Shown here one piece after another: positions 1-12,412 of a DNA stretch of 42,151 nucleotides. Under the pieces are notes generated by a model. It saw nothing but the letters and a program-made list of their open reading frames with translations. It ran no database searches and had not been told where the DNA came from. The translations under genes were made by a program, and so were the position numbers. The DNA is taken from contig NW_014569483.1 in the NCBI RefSeq assembly GCF_000743755.1, forward strand, positions 1-42,151, written 5' to 3'. How positions within the stretch are numbered: position 1 is the first letter of the stretch; each line of letters begins with the position of its first letter. The DNA comes from Blastocystis sp. subtype 4. Its lineage: Eukaryota.

Positions 1-201
1 AGTCACCCTCCACTTCCTGAGACATTCTCTTGTCCATGAACACACGGCTACACATCAGTCTCTCTTTCACACTCTCTACAGCTTATTCTCATCATCAATA
101 TCAATTGGCTTCTGAGAACTAAGAGCAGGATAACAGATGTTAAGCTACATTCATGGTAAGCATATTTCTAAAGCATCGAAAAGATTGATACATACCTTCA
201 T
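1..201 (-). CDS. RPS6: 40S ribosomal protein S6 (eS6), 5' part only; runs off the window edge
   Basis: Spliced translation MK|LNICYPALSSQKPIDIDDENKL|RVFMDKRMSQEVEGD matches the eS6 N-terminus. ATG at 201-199, first intron 195-145. Confidence 0.9.
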
Positions 202-424
202 CGTAGGATTGAGTATGTATTCCTAGTTTTGGAAATGAAATGAAGAGAGAGCCCGCAAAAGCGAATCAAGGAGAATTGAAATACAGGAGGAGAATCAAGG
301 GGATTAATCTTGTTAATTCGGACCGTGAAAGAGTCGTTATAGAAACCATAGGAAGTTCTGATCGATCTCACATGAATCAACCCATTGGACAAAAGCAATC
401 ACATTGATACCACAAGTTTTGACA

Positions 425-2507
425 ATGTTATCAAAACCAAGAAGATTTCTTGGTGTGATATCAGTTATCGTCAAACAGAGGGGATCTAATGTTCGATGGA
501 GTACAAACCTATTGTCTCGATCTATATTCACCTCTACAATTCCGCGTATTCCTTATAGACAATTCCCAGCGATTCGGGATCGAGATCAAGTGTACTTGAT
601 ACAGGTTAGTTTCAGATGAATAGATTTTTCTCTACAAAATCTAATTCGAGTAAAAAGAGGAGGAAATATGAGCCGAGTACTTGTTCTCGTGTTTTAGTGG
701 ATCCAAGTGCCAGCAATGTGCGTGTAAGAGATTGCTTTGTGGATAGGAACTATAGAAACGAGAAATGGTTGACTATGTTATCCGGAATCAGATAAACCTT
801 CCTGTTAATGTATGAATATTGTTAAAAATCAATTCTAGACTTGGGATCGATGTATTTACATGCTGTATGGAGAAAGACAGATAGATCACATTTTGAAGAT
901 TTATTCATTTCTCTGTGCGAATGGAACGATCACAGTAATGGTTTGTCATTCAATTCACCTAGAGTGTCTTGCCAACTACGTTCCGTTACTTTCTTCGCTG
1001 CGCAGCCGATTCAAACAACATATCAACGTTAACTGCAATCTGGAAGCAGTGTAATACACTTCAATGGTACAGTGAAAAAGAATACTATCTCACTCATGCT
1101 GTTTATATCCAAGGTCTTCTTCGTACACATAATTTGAAAGAAGGACTTTGTGAGTATCAGTTGTATAATCGATATCATCCAGTAAACAATATGATTAACA
1201 CATTGGTATTAGAAGGATTAGCTGAAGGTGGATATTATAGAGATTGCATCCTTCTTTTCGTTTCTCTCCTTTTGGACATTCGATTCCAATTAACTCCGCA
1301 ATTGGTCACATTGGAGATGGAGGGAAGATCGAGTCATCAACACATCGATTGGTTGAAAGCTCTTTCTACAGCCCATGTTGGATTGGTCCCTGTAAGCGAG
1401 CCAACAACGTTTTTGGACTCGAGCACACGGAATCGACTGTTTGTTCTGTCAGCCAATTCGAAGGAGACTTCTGTTCCTCTTCATGTCAAACAGGATGATG
1501 ATATTGGGAGATATATTGGATTGAATAAACGAGCATATGGACAAGCAATCGCATGTAGCTGTGTACTCCAGAACTATGAGTTTGCTACTGTATTGTATGA
1601 TATATTGGTATTAAACAGGATTAGACCACGAAAGAACACGTATTTTGCGATTCTTGATGTATGTGTTCATGTTTTTGTGAACTATAGGGAATTGGAAGGA
1701 GTGACTGGCATGCTGAGTATAATACTGTGTTAAAGTTGTTGTCAACACATTACAACATTCATCCTGATGCATATGAGTCCATGTTCTCACTCTGTTCTCA
1801 TTTTGTAGTCTTCAACTACTCCAATCAAATGTACGTATCCGACAGAATTTGCTGGCTTCTCGCTTTCTCGATGATTATCAATCTTTCTATGGTCCGTTGT
1901 ATACCAAGCAGGAAGACACATCCACTCTCTGTAAGCATTTGAACACAAATTCAACATAGTGATGGATTTGAATTGTGTTCCAGAACATGTTGGCACACAA
2001 TTCCTTTTAAAGACTTTGATGGATGTGGCTAAATTAGTGTCTCATGACTTTTTGTGGCTCAAAGGGACTTTATCCATCAAAGTGAATCTGAAATCTCCTG
2101 GAATTCTGGAACTCCTCAAATCATGTTTATTTCCGAAGATCAAATATGAACTTAAGGGATTCATTCTGCGTATTCCAGTTATCAGTATACAGAGTTGGTA
2201 TCAAACACAAACACGCTTTCATGATCCCTTTGTGTTAGATCTGCTCAATCAATGTCGTAATGATTTTGGACTGGTGAATGGTCGTGCTGACAAAGCGTTT
2301 CGTTCTGTACAATTGATGGAACAGATGGCCAATCGAGATATACGAGGTCTTGCTGTTCCATGTGATCGAGGTCAACACGAGTTAGAAGAGATGGAACGAT
2401 TATTGGAAGAGAGTAATTCAGAGGTTGAGATGAAGGTAGCTACGACGTGTACAGATGAAGACGTGTTGGAGTTGACACGAAAGCTGCATGATTGGGATTT
2501 GAAATGA
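425..2507 (+). CDS. Putative organelle-targeted PPR-like helical repeat protein, possibly with a degenerate SMR-like C-terminal domain (multi-exon)
   Basis: One frame is maintained through ~30-nt GT-AG introns. The N-terminus is presequence-like (MLSKPRRFLGVISVIVKQRGSNVRW), and there is a PPR-like unit (AYGQAIACSCVLQNYEFATVLYDILVLNRIRPRKNTYFAILD). TGA at 2505-2507. The domain call is tentative. Confidence 0.5.
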
Positions 2508-2509
2508 CA

Positions 2510-2524
2510 TGTTTGTAACAAACA
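2510..2524. terminator. Bidirectional GU-rich poly(A) element TGTTTGT-A-ACAAACA
   Basis: Perfect 7-bp inverted repeat. Each half lies 4 nt after the first base of the predicted stop of one convergent gene. Confidence 0.8.
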
Positions 2525-2528
2525 GAAC

Positions 2529-5125
2529 AATTCTTGGAAGGTTTCTTTAGTTCTAAAATAGTTCCAATTGCTATTGTTGCTCCTGCATCACGCAAAACAA
2601 ATCGACCTAACGATGGAATCTTATTGAATGGAGCAACGAACAGAGTATGATCAACAACCACGTCAATCTTGGCCCAACTTCCTCCACGTACAATTCTACA
2701 CTCAATTCAACTCTTCACAATTACTTGGGTTTGTTTGTTATGACTTCACCGTTGGTATCCACAATAGCTACCAAATGACGAATGGTTGCTGTTACCATAG
2801 TTCCTGCTATGTACATTACCGCGGTTAATCCCTTCATTAGTGGCATCTATCTCTAATTCCTCATAAACACTTCTACATTGATTTGATCATTTGCAAACAC
2901 TTGTGCAATGAATCTGTTTGTTGATTCAAATGCACAGCTTGTTGTTACGATGAGATTACCCTTTCTAAAGAATGAGCCAATCAAATACTTTCCCACCCAA
3001 TCGAAGTCATATCTGGGTTATTCAACGTCAAAATAACATTCATATTAACACTCCCAATCATAGCCTTCTCATCGTTAATTCGCATAGCTACATTTTAGAA
3101 CCATCTCTAGGAATCACCTCGAACATTACAGGGTAATCGTGAAGGGAGGAAGATCATTGGTTTTGTTGCATTCAGATCAATAAATCCCCGCAAAATTCGG
3201 GCTGAAACACAATCACCTTGGTAATCACTATGGAAGGCATCTGTAACGGTCATAACAACATCTTTTGTGTTTTTCAATGCTTCAGGAACCTCTTTTGGAT
3301 GTAATGAATCTAGAATCCTATTTTCCCTCCAACATTACCTAGAAATTCGACAAGCGAAGGTCCATCATACCAAGGACAGAGATGCTCATCGACAGACATG
3401 AGATTCACACCTTCTAATCCACTAAGTGGGATGAATCTACACTATCATAAATCCTATAGTTCTTACTGGACTTGATTCTTCTTAAATCCCAAATGCTTCA
3501 AATACGGAATAAGCTGGTTTCGAATCTCGTCAAATCGCTCTCTGTTCCAGAGAGCATCATCCATCTTATTCACAAGGATTCCCAATGTCTCAACACCATT
3601 CCCTCGTAAGATCAGTAAATGATCTTTCGTGATTCCCGCGGGACTCATTCCAGCCTCAAATTCTCCTTTTGCGGCAGATACGACAAGAAGACCGCAATCA
3701 GCCTGAATACCTCCTGTAATCATATTACTGATGAAGTCACGGTGACCAGGAGCATCTAGAAGAGTAACAGTCTGATGCGGAAGATGCAATGTTGAAACTC
3801 CTAAATCAATCGTAACTCCATGTTCTCTCTAGATATAAGGAATTCCAAAAATTCAAACTTCTTCATCATTCTGATCCATCACAAATGCATAGCTGAAAGA
3901 TTGTTTTCCTCGATCTCTAGCTTCTTTGCCAATTCTGATGTTCATTCAATTAGCAACTCCTACTTTCGCATTTCTCGATCATTGACCATGGACAAGTCAT
4001 ACATCAAATGACCAGTGATAGTGGATTTCCCATGATCAACATGACCTGCGATTACTACTGTGATACCAGTAGTGTTGATGGATGGCTATGAATGAATGAT
4101 TCTCTCCTCAGCTACACAAATGGTCCAATCTGGTTCACTTGTGACTAATCATGAGAATTCATCTATTCTCTTACTCTCCATTGGTGAATGAGGAGATTTC
4201 TTTGGACTCTTCTCTGCAACTGGAGTGCGTGGACTTTTCTCTGTGACTGGAGTTGAAGCTCGAGGACTCTTCTCCACACTAACAGAAGGTGATCGAGGAC
4301 TCTTCTCTGGTGTAGGAGACAAATGAATTTCAGGAATCTACAATTCAAAACACCAATCCTCTCTTACAATCATTGATCGATGCTTCTCTGTATTTACCTT
4401 TCCTTCTGCTTGCTTCTGCTTCACAATATCATCCGGAGACGGAGTATTGAAGGCAAATCGTGATTGCTCTGTTTTCAATCCAATAATTCATCTCTTACTT
4501 GGTAGTAAATCCTCTTCCACTGTAAAAATGTTCTTTTGAAGAGAAACTGGAAGGATATGCGTTTGAGGAGTCGATTTCCCAATAACAGACGCTAACGTAT
4601 CTGAAATTCAGCTAACAACACATAAGAATCACTTTGAGGAACCGAATATGAGACACGAGGAACAATGCTAGGAGCAAGAGCAGGAGGCTCATCTCGACCA
4701 CAATACTCCATAATATAATCAATTGCCTCATTAACATCATATCCATTACTACGAAGGAATTCCACAATTGTATCTTCATCAAAATGCATATTATCACCAA
4801 AATAGTCATAAATTTGATCAAGACAATCATTCAACAAGTCTATGCCATCATTCCATAATTCCAATAAAACCATTATCTTCTGGAGGTATATCAATTGTCA
4901 TCATTCCATCTACAATATTAGATCGCCTTTCCTCTCTCACCATTCCCAGTTCCACCCGAAGTATACAGATGAGCCTCTAAATGATTATAAAGCAACATAT
5001 CCAAATCCCCTACGTTGAGAGGCTGTGTAACTATCATCCTCATCACTGAAGTAGTCATCGTCATCTTCATAATGATCCTCATAACTGTACTTTGTTCCTT
5101 TTGCTGCTCGATGCCTTGCTTTCAT
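2529..5125 (-). CDS. HBS1: HBS1-like translational GTPase (eRF3/EF1A family) with a SKI7-type motif; stop probably completed by poly(A)
   Basis: N-terminus MKARHRAAKGTKYSYEDHYEDDDDY, G1 GHVDHGKST, EREHGVTID, LLDAPGHRDF, NKMD and C-terminal LGRFVLRDAGATIAIG. It ends KKPSKN + T at 2529, 4 nt before TGTTTGTT. Confidence 0.9.
4204..4307 (-). repeat. Four EKSP(R/K) coding repeats in the HBS1 linker
   Basis: ggact(c/t)ttctc at 4204, 4231, 4264 and 4297; translates as PEKSPRSPSVSVEKSPRASTPVTEKSPRTPVAEKSPKKSP. Confidence 0.75.
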
Positions 5126-5229
5126 TTGGCGAAACAAAAGAAAACCTTATTATGAGTTAAAGTAATCTAGATAAGGATCTGTAACAAAAACTCACTTTCT
5201 TTCTTTTAAGGAAGAACAGTAGATTCCTC

Positions 5230-7510
5230 ATGTATTCTCCGTTTTACTTTGGAAGGATCGCAGAACCTGTAAATGACTTAAAAGAATATCTGGATATTGT
5301 AATATTGCTCATATCGGGTAATGCACTAGGGTCTTCCAGACTGTGTTGATTTTGTTATTAATCCTTTGTACCGAGATAGGTAATGTGTTATAATTGGTTT
5401 TGATGTAGAATCAACGAGTTTAGCGTAGTGGAACGCGAACCTCAAGGATGTGGTATCAGAACTCTGAATAGGACTTTGAATCATAGAATCATCCATTCTC
5501 TTGGATGTAAAGACATGGACACATCGAATCGTTGGAAAGCTCTCCTCATCGATCCGTCTTGATGATCCAAACGAACAAGAATGTTTGCGAAGTGAAGATG
5601 TGCGTAGTGGAACCATTGGTATGATCAATAGCAATTCCGAGAAGAGTTAGAATGGGCCTATTATCTGGGAGTTCCCTCTGTGTTCTGTATGGAGCTGACA
5701 GAAACGAATGATAACTATGCTGCAATCCTCAATGAATTCATCGAGCGCAAGTATACAACACCCGTACCTGCTCGTAGTTGATCTCACTCATAGTATTGGA
5801 TTCCTGTTGATATGCAAGATGCCAGCAATAGTTCACTAACTCATTCATGGAATCGATGGAGTCGTTTTCACTCCCAACTGGGTTTGTGTCCAGGAGTTCT
5901 GCCTTGTTTGCGACTCAATTCGTTAGATCCGTCTCCTGAGGTTATAGCTCTGTGGAAGGGTGAACCAGTTGAAACAATCATTCTACCAACCTATCTTTTC
6001 ACATGGCAAGCGGAAGTAAGTGATAAAGAGGATTCTTGATTGTAGGATCGAGTGAGTCTTCCAGATTTCGTTCAAGAATTCATTCTTTCCTATCGATCGA
6101 GTTCAGTTCTTCGATTGGTGATAGAAGGAGCCTTACCAAATGAATCATCTCAACTTCGCGTCCTTTTCAATGTATATCATTTGATTCACATTTATCATAC
6201 AGTATTTGATGTTATTATTCCAAAATGCCACTCCATTTTCAGAACTTGAAAAACAACTCCACTCTTATAATGATTTGATTCAAATTCCACTTCAACCACT
6301 TATGGATAATCTTCCAAGTGCTACATACGATGTCTTTGAGAAAGATGCTGTGAAATATCAATTAGTACGAATTTCTCATTATCTATTATTTCTATTAGTA
6401 CGAAGAAGCCATTTTTGAAGTGTTATCTCGATATACTCGCAAAACACCCTTCAATATAGCCTTATACAGTCCTGATCGCAAACTGATTCCTTCAGCACAG
6501 AATTCAACTTCAGGAGGAATGCCTCTCCAACCTCTCATTCCTCCTGAAGATCGAGTTGTCATAACTTTAGTTGGAGCAGGACGGGGCCCTCTTATTCTTT
6601 GTTCGTTGCGAGCTGCTATGAAAGCGAAACGGGATATTGTAGTATATGCTGTCGAAAAGAATCCAAACGCCATTGTTACTCTCCAGACACTTCATTCTTC
6701 CTTGAAATGGGGAGAAAAGGTTCGGATTGTGGAAACAGACATGCGGGTGTATCGACCCGAATATTACAGTGATATTATCCTTTCGGAGCTGTTGGGATCG
6801 TTTTCTGATAATGAGTTATCTCCGGAGTGTCTAATTGGAGCACAACGCTTTCTTTTGTTTGGAGGGGAATTCATCCCACGGGAATCAACGAGTTTTCTGA
6901 CAGCATGTATGAGTTCACGAATTTACAACCGAGTATGGTTGGAGATGCTCTCTTTCTGTAGATCAAACGTGTGAATACTCTGTTAACTCCTCTTCCTCTG
7001 GAATCCACATATGTAGTCTATATCCATAATGCCACCATGTTGAGTGATCCATTGCCTGTATTTACATTCCATCATCCTGATATTCTTAATGGAGATTTCC
7101 GAAGGTCAACAGTAGATGTGATCGAGATGGCTGAGGAATAGGAATTGGCATTTGAAATGACATCAGATGGTTTGGTCCATGGATTTGTTGGGTATTTCGA
7201 CTCTAAGGTCATACTTTTGTCAGCTCATGATGTATAGTTGTCAGAGACTGTGGAAATGTCTATTGTACCTCGTACACATTCGATGAATTTGGTGAGTTGG
7301 TTTCCTCTCTTTATTCCTATCGATACACCTTTGTAGGGATGTGAGTGAGGATTGAGTTGTAGTTATGTGAAGAAAGGAGATATTGTACGGTTTAGAATTT
7401 GGAGACGAACAGATAAGAAACGAGTGTGGTATGAATGGGCGGTGGTAGCTCCAATCGTCACAAAGATTCATAATGTGAATGGAAAAGGACAATGGATTGG
7501 TTTGGATTGA
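5230..7510 (+). CDS. PRMT5: Protein arginine N-methyltransferase 5 (multi-exon)
   Basis: PLQPLMDNL, YDVFEKDAVKY, VGAGRGPL, AVEKNPNA, SELLGSFSDNELSPECL and VWYEW. TGA at 7508-7510 is followed by GATA then TGTTTGTT. Confidence 0.95.
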
Positions 7511-7585
7511 GATATGTTTGTTTTTGAGTTAGAATGATGCATTCTTAGTTTATTCTTCCTTAGATCTCGAGTCGATTTTCTGAGA

Positions 7586-9216
7586 ATGGCTCGTCGAGTG
7601 GGAAAATATACGATTCTAAAAACATTGGGAGAAGGTTCTCTTGGAAAGTGGGTAGTCGTTGAAATGAATGAAAGAAAGAGTGAAACTATCTGAAAATGTC
7701 GAGACTCATGAATTAGTGGCGATCAAGATGTTTGATAAGGAGAAGATTAAGAAGCAGAATCTAGCAGAGCAAATCAAGCTGGAAATTAGTATTATGAACA
7801 AATTGAAACATCCAAATCTTGTGAATCTAATTGAAGTGCTTGGTTGTAAGAGCAAAGTCTGTAGTTGGTGTTGGGTCTTAGATTCAGATTTTTATGGTGT
7901 TGGAATATGTTCCAAATGGCGAGCTATTTGATTATATTCTTAAAAAGGGTCGGTTGCAGGAAGACGAGGCTCGCAAGTTCTTTCGTCAGCTAATTACTGG
8001 AGTCAATTACATCCACAGTCATAATATCTGTCACCGTGATATCAAGCCCGAAAATCTTCTTCTTGATAAGGATATGAACATCAAGATTTCCGATTTCGGT
8101 CTTTCAGCTTTTGTTGGTAATGACACATATGGTATTTCTGGTTAATGATCCTTCACCCTAGATCCAAACTCTCTCCAACATACAACATGTGGCTCTCCAA
8201 ATTACGTGGCTCCGGAAGTGCTAAAAGACTCTGGCTATGATGGTCGCTTTAGTGATATATGGAGTGTTGGAGTCGTTCTGTATGCTTGTTGTTTGACTCT
8301 CATCTAGTTTTGTGATGGTTGCTGGATATCTCCCTTTTGACGAACCATCTCTCTCCACACTCTTCAGACGTATTCAAACAGCCAATTATACTTGTCCAGC
8401 GTAGGTTCAAAATCGGGCCGATTTATGGAATAGTTGGTTTTCGGATCAGCTGAAGGACTTGCTTGCCAAAATCCTTGTCCCTGATCCATTAGCACGTCTG
8501 AGTCTATTTGACGTAATTTCCTTCGATTTTTGTCATTTCAAGATTACCCAACATCCTTGGTATTTAGGCGATGATTTGCGTTCAGAAGCTATTCTTTCTC
8601 CTCGTTCTCCTCCTCATGAACTTTCAGCCAATGAAGAAGCCAAAGAACGTGTCAAAAAAGCTTCTACTTTTGTTGCTCCTGTATTTCCCCATAATTTTGT
8701 TCATGGATAGAAAGAGACCATTTTTGGCCTATTCAACATGGCAATTCAACGTAGTATTTCGCCCATCACATCTCTGTTGGTACCTCGATTACCAGCGAAT
8801 GTGATTCTGACATCGTCTCCTCCATCTCTAATCTACAGTCAGATCATGGATGCATGCCGAGACCATAACTGGGGTGTCACAACGGATCGTGCTAATGGAG
8901 TGGTGATTTCTGGAATTCTAATTGAAATGTAGTTTTTTATTGCAATGAAGATCGTTGAGTTTGTATCTGTAGTGGAGATACATGTGAGTGAGATTGGAGA
9001 GAAGCAATACATGATCCGAGTGATGAAGAAAGATTATGTTAGATTGATGGATGGAAATGATCAATAGAACGAATTAGATGGATATCTGCAGGTAGAAAGG
9101 GATTTGACGAGTCGTTTAATTCGATACATTCCAGATTCACATGGTAGGAATAATGGGTCAAATAGAGAGTAGATATTGGATTAAATAACCGAGCTGTTAC
9201 GATAGTTAAACAATAG
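7586..9216 (+). CDS. SNF1/AMPK/CIPK-like Ser/Thr protein kinase (multi-exon)
   Basis: [48 protein letters not shown] and DIWSVGV. C-terminal exons inferred, TAG at 9214-9216. Confidence 0.88.
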
Positions 9217-9303
9217 TTGCATTGTGTTTGTTTGTAGAACAATATTGGGCTCCCTACAAATGGGGCTCCTTTTTTACGCCAACACATCCATAGACAGAGA
9301 CGA

Positions 9304-10883
9304 ATGAAGACATATGTGTATTTCTTTTTAAGTCTACTGGTTACAGCAGGTGCCATATTCTATGCTGAGAAGACATCTCCGTCTTCTTTAGGAGTTTTCT
9401 ATTCGTTCTCTATGTCTAAAGCTTTTGTCCCTGTAGGTGATTTTAGTATGATCAATTCGCTTCTAGGTGGTAGGCAACTTGTACATTGCTTGTTTCCTTT
9501 CCATTTTAACAATATTCAAAAGCATTTGCATTGGAAGGATTAATGATCAAGAAAAGGAGCATATCATTAGTTCGGTGAAGTCGATGTCTCTTAAACGATT
9601 GTGATGTGTAGAAGTGATGTTTTCGGAGTGTTCATTTCTGTTATCTATCTTCGCGGAGCACTCTCTGTCTCTGTCATCTTCCCTATAACTGTTTGGATCT
9701 TTTTGTCCATTTTCGCATATACAATTGATGCTCGTCTCAAAACAGTAGTGTTTCCAACCCATGTTGAGTGTAGTACGAAATGAATCCTCTCAAATTATCT
9801 CGACTTCTTCGTCTCATTCTTGGAATTGTGTTCCAAATCATGTTTTCCTATTTCTGGTTCTCCATCAATCATCTGAAATTCCTTCATTACTTCCCCGAGG
9901 AAGCCCCTTTGCGATTATTGATGTGGTCATATGTATCCAAATAGTTATTTAAATGATTGAAAGAGTATCTCCTTTCATCTCCAATCGCTTCATCTCCTTG
10001 TTATTCTGATTCTGATCCCTTTAAAGCACTCTGGATATGTTTTTAACCATCATTCCTCTTACAACTAGATCACCGAACATACATACTCTATTAGCTGCTG
10101 TTGTGCTACTCTTGCTTACAATGTGCTTCTTGTCGTGAATTATTCCATATATCTTCTCATGAACACTGGCTCCGATTCGATCATCGATTTCCTCTTAGGC
10201 TATCCAACCCACGAACTTATTGAAGCTCTTCGCGTAATTCTATTTTGTATCCGTAATTCTGAGATCATCCAGAAGTGTGTGAAGAATCTTCTCAGCTTCG
10301 CTCGGTTCAAACGCTTCCTGGAGGCAAAGTACCGTAAGCCAACAGAAGAACAGCTTGAGCGAGATCCTGATTGTATTATTTGCAGAGAAGCGAATGACAA
10401 AGATCATTCACGATGTCTTCCTTGTGGTCATGTCTTCCACGAAGATTGTCTAAAGAGTTGGATTATGCAACAGCAAGTGAGATTGAGTGGATTCAATGAG
10501 CGATAGAAGTGCCCTACTTGCAATCAGAAGCTGATGTTAACTGACTCTGCAATGGATGACTCGTCTTCAGAAGAGAGTCAGATTCATGAGACTATTCATT
10601 CTGAACAGGTTCAAAGTGCAGTGAAGACGATTGAAAGATTGAATTTACTGAACTTGACAGCAGTGGCAAAATCACAAAATATGACAGAAGAAGAGACACA
10701 AAGATGGATAGAAGAGTATCAGAGATGGTACCAGGACATGTTGTTATTCTCACTCTCTTCAGGTATTAACATGGACGAAGGTGTTCTATGTGAGATTTAG
10801 AAGAGAAATAATGAAATATAGATACAATGGAAGAACCAGTGGATCTGAGGGCACATGAAGGAGAAGTTCCAGATGCTATATAA
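9304..10883 (+). CDS. Multi-pass membrane RING-H2 E3 ligase, HRD1/synoviolin-like
   Basis: Hydrophobic N-terminal half, then RING-H2 CIICRE...LPCGHVFHEDCLKSW..|KCPTC. TAA at 10881-10883. Confidence 0.75.
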
Positions 10884-10917
10884 AATTGAGTCGTTTTGTT
10901 ATGTTTAACAAAAAGAA

Positions 10918-12318
10918 CTAAATCAATAATCGAACATTGTTGTGAGAACTCTTTACAAGAGATCCGAAGTATGCCATAACCATTTTCACATGGCCATCAA
11001 CACTTCCTTCTACAAATTCTACCATCTCTCCTTCATCCGCTAATTCAGCAACCTCACGACGATCAATTGTACGAGGTAACACAAATACTACATCTCGTGT
11101 CACACGACGAGCGGTTTCAAAAATCACTTTGCCATTCAGTCCCACGGGGAAATCATCTAAATGAAACACATCTTTCTGTGCATAATCAACACCCCCCCAT
11201 GGAGGTGCTAATAGAACAACATCAGCATGCATCCTACAAATCAAAATATCACCTATTTTGTACGAAGGAAGAAGAACGAGAGAATCACCACAAATACAAT
11301 CAATCTTATTCTCAACTCCATAAACTGCACTATTCATTTGCAAATATCGAATTCGTTGCATATCTAAATCAATTGCGATCACTCTGTTGCAAGTACGAGC
11401 TAATTGAATCGCATTTCCACCAATGCCAGCAAAAGCATCGATTGCAACTCCACAGGAACATCGAATAGCCGTATGTAATGCCAGTGGTTCGGGTGTGACA
11501 GAATACAAACCGATGTCATCATACACGATTCCCTGATCCCATCGTGAAAACAAGTGATAACGTTGACGGTAATACTTCTTGAGAGATGAAGAACCTGATA
11601 ATGGTACCGATTCTCGAATCGTGAGATTCATGATATTTGTGTCATTGGGATAACAACTGTGACTAAGTGAGTAGTCTAATAGTTCCTGCTCCATCTCTGG
11701 TGAACACAAACTTACATCCGTTGATTCACATTCCAAGGATCGGGTTGATATCTCACTAAAGGGCAAGACCATTAGGTTATATTGAATCTCATTATCTTGT
11801 TTTGTGGGAGGAAGCAAATCAACGACCATACAGGGAATCCACCCTTTCGTTGTTTTAACTCCAATGTACTTCTCTCCATTAATTTTCATTGGAAACTGTG
11901 TAGTGTGTTTCCGTTTCCGTTGTGGTTTTCGAGGACTCACTTTGGGTTTTGTTCCAAATTGAATCGGCAGACCATTTGAAATACGTTCCTACAATTTCAC
12001 TGCAAGATCATCCATACAAGTGTTGAATCAATGCTTTCCTCCCGAAAACTAGGTTGTTCCATACCTTCACTCTCTATAGAATAAGAAGGAATGAGTACAG
12101 AGACGTTCGGATACAGAATCAGCAACTCTCTCTATGACAGATCGAAACCAACTCGATCGATCTTTACAAGGTCTAATGAAATGATTCTTAACATTACAAC
12201 AATCCTACTGGAATTCGATGGTTGTTGTCAACACGACAGAATCGCCCAATGAATCTGGGGTAGAACACTCATTAAACGAATACCGTTCTGAAGTACAAAA
12301 GTCCTTCAGTACATTCAT
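10918..12318 (-). CDS. TGS1: Trimethylguanosine synthase
   Basis: KYYRQRYHLFSRWD, YSVTPE, IDAFAGIGGNAIQLA and APPWGG. The 5' exons up to the ATG at 12318 are inferred through ~30-nt introns. Confidence 0.9.
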
Positions 12319-12412
12319 CCTTTTCTGGTGGTTCCTTCAGATCCTATGGCTCAGTTTGCCTCCATTTGCAAGGTTGGATAGGATGATAAAGGATTCACAT
12401 TTCTTCACACAA

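Noticed and set aside
4551..4558. ATATCCTT on the minus strand in HBS1
   Set aside because: The frame reads through cleanly (HILP), so no intron is needed.
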